In this document: positions 46,184-50,313 of the stretch, in pieces
Numbering within the stretch: the first letter of the stretch is position 1
Layout: each line of letters starts with the position of its first letter
IMG/VR virus record: IMGVR_UViG_3300037424_001491
Coordinates: 1 to 50,313 of that record
DNA: 50,313 nt
Origin: a virus
Lineage: Duplodnaviria > Caudoviricetes
Reading direction: 5' to 3' (one strand)
Program-made: the position numbers and the translations under genes
The notes under the pieces: generated by a model
Databases searched by the model: none
Told to the model about the DNA's origin: nothing
The model's input: only the letters and a program-made list of their open reading frames with translations

Positions 46184-46593
46184 CCGCGAACCGCAGACGA
46201 AACCAAAAGCATTCACCGCCAGGAGCTGCCGGGGCGAACGGGGCTCGTCCCGGCGGCTCCGCCTCCAATCCCCATCAAGACCTTAACAACTTCGACCGCT
46301 GGAGCCTCGACCGCATAGAGGCTGGTGCCGTCTGCATTGTTCCTTGCACTGCCCCTTCCATGTCACCGGAGCCGCTGCCGGGGGGCCGCAGATGCGAGAG
46401 GACTGCGAGCGAAGACGTAGCAACGCTACTTCGAGCGAGCATGACCGAGCAGGTGGGGTGCATCCGGCAGCGGCGGAAAAAGAGGGGTCTCGAAGGGGAA
46501 CATGGTTCCCCTTCGCAGCAGAAGTGCATCCCCCTTCGTGGAGACTCCATCTGTCTCCAGTGCTATGACGCTGCCAGGGAGGCCCGCTCATGA
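46177..46593 (+). CDS. First late ORF of the outer prophage, 37 aa longer because of an in-frame element
   Basis: Homologue of 20071-20376 (138 vs 101 aa). Confidence 0.55.
   Translation: MDTANRRRNQKHSPPGAAGANGARPGGSASNPHQDLNNFDRWSLDRIEAGAVCIVPCTAPSMSPEPLPGGRRCERTASEDVATLLRASMTEQVGCIRQRRKKRGLEGEHGSPSQQKCIPLRGDSICLQCYDAAREARS
46371..46515 (+). repeat. Palindromic element plus CGAAGGGG hairpin
   Basis: Closing stem GCCGCTGCCGG/CCGGCAGCGGC; central GTAGCAACGCTAC; CGAAGGGGAAC-ATG-GTTCCCCTTCG. Confidence 0.8.
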
Positions 46594-47075
46594 GCGCGAT
46601 CAAATCCATTGTGCTCCATTGCTCGGACTCCACACACGGCTGCGCGCGGGAGATCCGCCGCTGGCATAGGGAGCGCGGGTGGAGCGATATCGGATACCAC
46701 TTCGTGATCGAGAACGGCACGCCCGTGCAAGGGCTCACCATCGAAGCGCTGGACGGCTCAATCGAATGCGGGCGCATCCTGGACGGCTCCCCGGATCTTA
46801 TCGGAGACGAGATCGGCGCGCACGCCCTCGGACACAATGCGGACTCAATTGGCGTCTGCCTGATAGGCCGGGACGCATTCACCGACGCCCAGTGGCGCGC
46901 GCTCCTCGGCCTGCTTATGGATCTCTGCACCATCTACCACATCGACCCGGACAACGTGATCGGGCATTACGAGACAGAGAGCGGGCGGGCGCAGGGGAAG
47001 ATATGCCCGAACTTCGACGTGCCCGCGTTCCGCGAGGTTCTCAAGCACGAGATGTACTCGGGAGGCAAGGCATGA
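46590..47075 (+). CDS. Endolysin amidase (outer prophage)
   Basis: Nearly identical to 20373-20858. Confidence 0.92.
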   Translation: MSAIKSIVLHCSDSTHGCAREIRRWHRERGWSDIGYHFVIENGTPVQGLTIEALDGSIECGRILDGSPDLIGDEIGAHALGHNADSIGVCLIGRDAFTDAQWRALLGLLMDLCTIYHIDPDNVIGHYETESGRAQGKICPNFDVPAFREVLKHEMYSGGKA

Positions 47076-47554
47076 GCCTGATCGCAGACATCTTCGCGGG
47101 GTCGCTCGGCTCCACTGTGGAGGCCATAGGCTCCACGGTCAAGAAGTTCGTGACCACGGACAAAGACCGCATGGCTATGCAAACAGAGCTGGAGGAGATC
47201 CTCCAGCGCCGCGACTCGGAGGTGGAGCAGACCATACGCACGGAGCTTGCGGCCAAGGAGCGTGTACTCGTGGCCGAGCTTCAGCAGGGCGATACCTTCA
47301 CCAAGCGCGCCCGGCCCTCGGTGGTCTACTTCGGGCTCGCGGCCATTACCGTGGATCTGGTCTTCCGCATCGGGATGGTCTTACGGGGCGTCCCGGTCTC
47401 CGAGATGCCGTCCACCTTTATTCCCACGGAGTTCTGGTACGCATGGGGCGGCATCGTCTCCACCTGGGTGATCGGGCGCTCGGCAGAGAAGCGCGGGGCG
47501 CGTAACAAGGTTACGGACTTCATCACGGGCGCTGGTTCGAGGTTGATCGATTGA
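47072..47554 (+). CDS. Holin (outer prophage)
   Basis: Nearly identical to 20855-21337. Confidence 0.8.
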   Translation: MSLIADIFAGSLGSTVEAIGSTVKKFVTTDKDRMAMQTELEEILQRRDSEVEQTIRTELAAKERVLVAELQQGDTFTKRARPSVVYFGLAAITVDLVFRIGMVLRGVPVSEMPSTFIPTEFWYAWGGIVSTWVIGRSAEKRGARNKVTDFITGAGSRLID

Positions 47555-47892
47555 GCGTGCAGCTGAATCCTCTTTACGCGGCGCTCATGAACGCGGGGGT
47601 GGGTGGGTTTATAGCGGTGCTCATCCTCGTGGGGCTCTACTACATCGTGCGGAGCCTCGGGAGCCGGTTCGTGGACAGTCAGGCCCGGCAGGCCGAGGCC
47701 CTCGGCGCGCAGGCGCAGGCCATGGCGAGCCTGAGTACTTCGGTGCAGAGGTTCATGGAACGCGACAACACGGAACATCGCGAGATGCTCGTATTACTGC
47801 GGCTGATCGCACAACACCAGCAAGAGCTGGACGAGGTAAAGCGTGAACACGAACACCGCAAGAAATCGGCGCATCCGCACTGCCCTGCTTGA
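47551..47892 (+). CDS. Membrane protein (outer prophage)
   Basis: Nearly identical to 21334-21684. Confidence 0.7.
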   Translation: MSVQLNPLYAALMNAGVGGFIAVLILVGLYYIVRSLGSRFVDSQARQAEALGAQAQAMASLSTSVQRFMERDNTEHREMLVLLRLIAQHQQELDEVKREHEHRKKSAHPHCPA

Positions 47893-48142
47893 GCTCCTCA
47901 AGACCGAGTACCCGGGGGCGCTTGACCTCAAGGCTCTCCGGTTCGCGCTCGACAGCCTCGGGTATCCCATGATGGAGGGCACGCTCACGGCCCACCTCAG
48001 GTATCTCGAAGAGAAAGGCTACGCGGAGCTGACCCGGCGGAAAGGCTTCGGGTTCGACATCGCGTTTGCCTCCCTCACTGCTGCGGGGTGGGATCTCCTC
48101 GACGGGCTCACCCATGACAAGGGCGTGGACGAGGAGCTGTAG
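47843..48142 (+). CDS. Mu gp26-like protein (outer prophage)
   Basis: Close homologue of 21626-21934. Confidence 0.7.
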   Translation: MNTNTARNRRIRTALLELLKTEYPGALDLKALRFALDSLGYPMMEGTLTAHLRYLEEKGYAELTRRKGFGFDIAFASLTAAGWDLLDGLTHDKGVDEEL

Positions 48143-48145
48143 GCC

Positions 48146-48615
48146 ATGGCCAACAAGGGAATCGGCACAGTGCATAACAAGGACCTCGCCTTCCGCGTCT
48201 ACCGCGAGATGGGGGCCAGAATCTCGGGGCAGTGGCTGATGAGGTCAACAAGCGCTACGGCTTCAGGCTCACGCGCCAGACCCTCGCCTCGTGGCGCGAC
48301 ACGGGCGACTGGGACGGTCGCATCCGCCGGGCAGACGCCCGCTGCCTTGCCATCGAGTCCACGGGCGTCTCCTATGACCAATACATGTTCAACGCGCTCC
48401 TGCGCCGCCTTGAGGCTTACGAGCGCTACTTCGACACACTCCCCGACTCTCAGGTGGACAACAATGCCCAGTGGGCCATGAACGACGTGGTCAAGAAGCT
48501 CGAAGCCCTCCTCAAGACCGTCCATATAAAGGAGATCGCCGAGGCGGCTCCGGGCGAGGAGCGCGAGCGGCTCGTGAGCCGGATACTCCGGGAGACCTAT
48601 GGGATCGAGCGCTAG
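48146..48615 (+). pseudogene. Terminase small subunit, frameshifted at G-run 48211-48215
   Basis: MANKG...DLAFRVYREMG continues in another frame as GQNLGAVADEV...ILRETYGIE, matching the inner TerS. Confidence 0.7.
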
Positions 48616-49953
48616 CCCGGTGCTTTTGCCCTACCAGCAGCGGTTCGTCAATGACCGCTCCCCGCTCAAGGTCTGGCTCGCCTCCCGCCAGATCGGCAAG
48701 TCCTTTGCCGTCTCCCTTGAGGCCGTGGACGAGGCACTTGCCGTGCGGTCAGACAATCTCATCGCTCACGCTCCGAGCGCCAGAGCAAGAGCGTGATAGG
48801 CAAGGTCAAGGCACACCTCCGCGTCTTAAACGCGCTCGCTGACGACGCCGTGGTCGAGGACAAGGCCCTCAAATCCACCGAGATCACGCTCCCCAATGGC
48901 TCGCTGATCGTGGGCCTCCCGGCAAGCCCGGACACGGTGCGCGGGTTCTCGGGCAATGTCTTCCTCGACGAGTTCGCGTTCCACCGCGACAGCGCCGAGA
49001 TCTGGAAGGCTCTCTACCCCACGGTCACGCGGGGCCACAAGGTGCGCATCACATCCACTCCCAACGGGCTCCAGAACATGTTCTACCGCCTCTGGGTCAA
49101 CGGGGAGGCGGGCTTCTCCCGCCACCTCACGGACATACACCAGGCAAAGGCCGACGGGCTCAAGATGGGTATCCAGCAGCTCCGGGCCGGTATCGCAAAC
49201 CCCGACGCATGGGCTCAGGAGTTCGAGTGCGAGTTCCTCGACGAGGCCACGGCATGGCTCCCCTTCGACCTCATCGCTGGGTGCGAAGACCAGCGCACTT
49301 CCACGGAGTTCAACGCGGACGATCATGCCCGCGAGAGCCAGCTCTACCTCGGGATGGACATCGCCCGCACCGGGCACTTGAGCGTGATCTGGGTCATTGA
49401 GAAGGTCGGCCCGCTCTACTGGACGCGCGCAATACGCACACTCCACGGGATCTCGTTCACCGAGCAGGAACGGGTGCTCGACGGGTTCATGGCGCACCCG
49501 GCCCTCCGCCGGGCGTGCATAGACGCCACGGGCATAGGCGCGCAGTTTGCCGAGCGCGCCCGCGAGCGTTTCGGTTCCCGGGTCGAGCCGGTGGTGTTCA
49601 CCCCTGCGGTCAAGGAAGACCTCGCCGTGACCGTCCGCCGGACATTTGAAGACAGGCAACTCAAGGTGCCAGCCGATAAGGCCGTGCGCGAGGATCTCCA
49701 CTCGGTCAAGCGGGTCGTGACCGTTGCCGGGCACTCGCGCTTCGATGCCGAGAGCACGGCTGAGGGCCACGCCGACCGCTTCTGGGCGCTCGGGCTCGCG
49801 CTCCACGGCGCTGCCCGCCCCAACGAGCCGGTCAGCTACGAGCAGATCATGGCCCGGCTCGGCAGATTCGGCAGCGGCACCGGAGAGGACGACCCCCACA
49901 GTTCACTCAGGCGTCCAAAGGAGCAGGGATCGGGAGGGCAGCGCACATGGTAA
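48599..49953 (+). pseudogene. Terminase large subunit, frameshifted near 48764
   Basis: The SRQIGKS part and the SRSERQS...LDEFAF...HADRFWAL part are in different frames; one base is missing after DNLI. Confidence 0.8.
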
Positions 49954-50084
49954 TCCGGTCTTTTCAAAAGAGGCCCGATTCGGGCAGGCGACCCTGTTCG
50001 CGCCTACAGAGGGGGCCTGTTTCCGGTTCCGGGGCGCTCCGGCGCGCTCATGGGCGTTATAACGCGAAAGCGAGGGCATAAACG

Positions 50085-50313
50085 GTGAGCCTTTTAGACC
50101 GCTATGGCCGTCCGGCCCGCAAAGACCGCCCCATCGAGGAGAAAATCGAACTCGGCGGCTCTCTCGCGCTCCGGCAGGCATGGAGTTCCTACCCCTCGGT
50201 CGGGCTCACCCCCGAGGGACTGGCCGAGATCCACCGCGAGGCGGACGCGGGCCATATCGCCCGGCAGGCCGAGATGTACGAGGAGATGGAGGAGAAGGAC
50301 GCGCAGGTGGGCG
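50085..50313 (+). CDS. Portal protein of the outer prophage (3' truncated by window)
   Basis: MSLLDRYGR...YPSVGLTPE...MYEEMEEKDAQVG aligns with the inner portal N-terminus. Confidence 0.85.
   Translation, partial: MSLLDRYGRPARKDRPIEEKIELGGSLALRQAWSSYPSVGLTPEGLAEIHREADAGHIARQAEMYEEMEEKDAQVG

Noticed and set aside
15505-46515. CRISPR array from the repeated palindromes
   Set aside because: Copies are dispersed, not tandem with regular spacers; no cas genes

Overview
The window is nested. An outer Mu-like (transposable) prophage is visible as a Mor-family activator at the left edge (<3-239) and a lysis/packaging operon at the right edge (46129->50313). Between these it carries an AT-richer defence island of about 10 kb: a small ORF, sspB-sspC-sspD-like DNA phosphorothioation genes, a GIY-YIG nuclease, a DGQHR/DndB-like protein, a small hypothetical and a GHKL-ATPase protein. 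A second, related and apparently complete GC-rich Mu-like siphoprophage (6199-41722, 35.5 kb) has transposed into the GIY-YIG gene and split it. Removing it restores a clean reading frame. Its ends are TAT...ATA imperfect inverted repeats with a 3-bp CAC target duplication, unlike the TG...CA / 5-bp rule of Mu. The inner phage also has: two promoter-associated antisense cloverleaf RNA candidates (one behind a MuF-PBECR nuclease gene, one in the methyltransferase leader), a family of palindromic elements lying in-frame within small genes, a -1 frameshift tail chaperone, and a candidate central gyrase site. Both terminase genes of the outer phage are frameshifted. All protein-family calls come from motif recognition by eye; no database searches were run.
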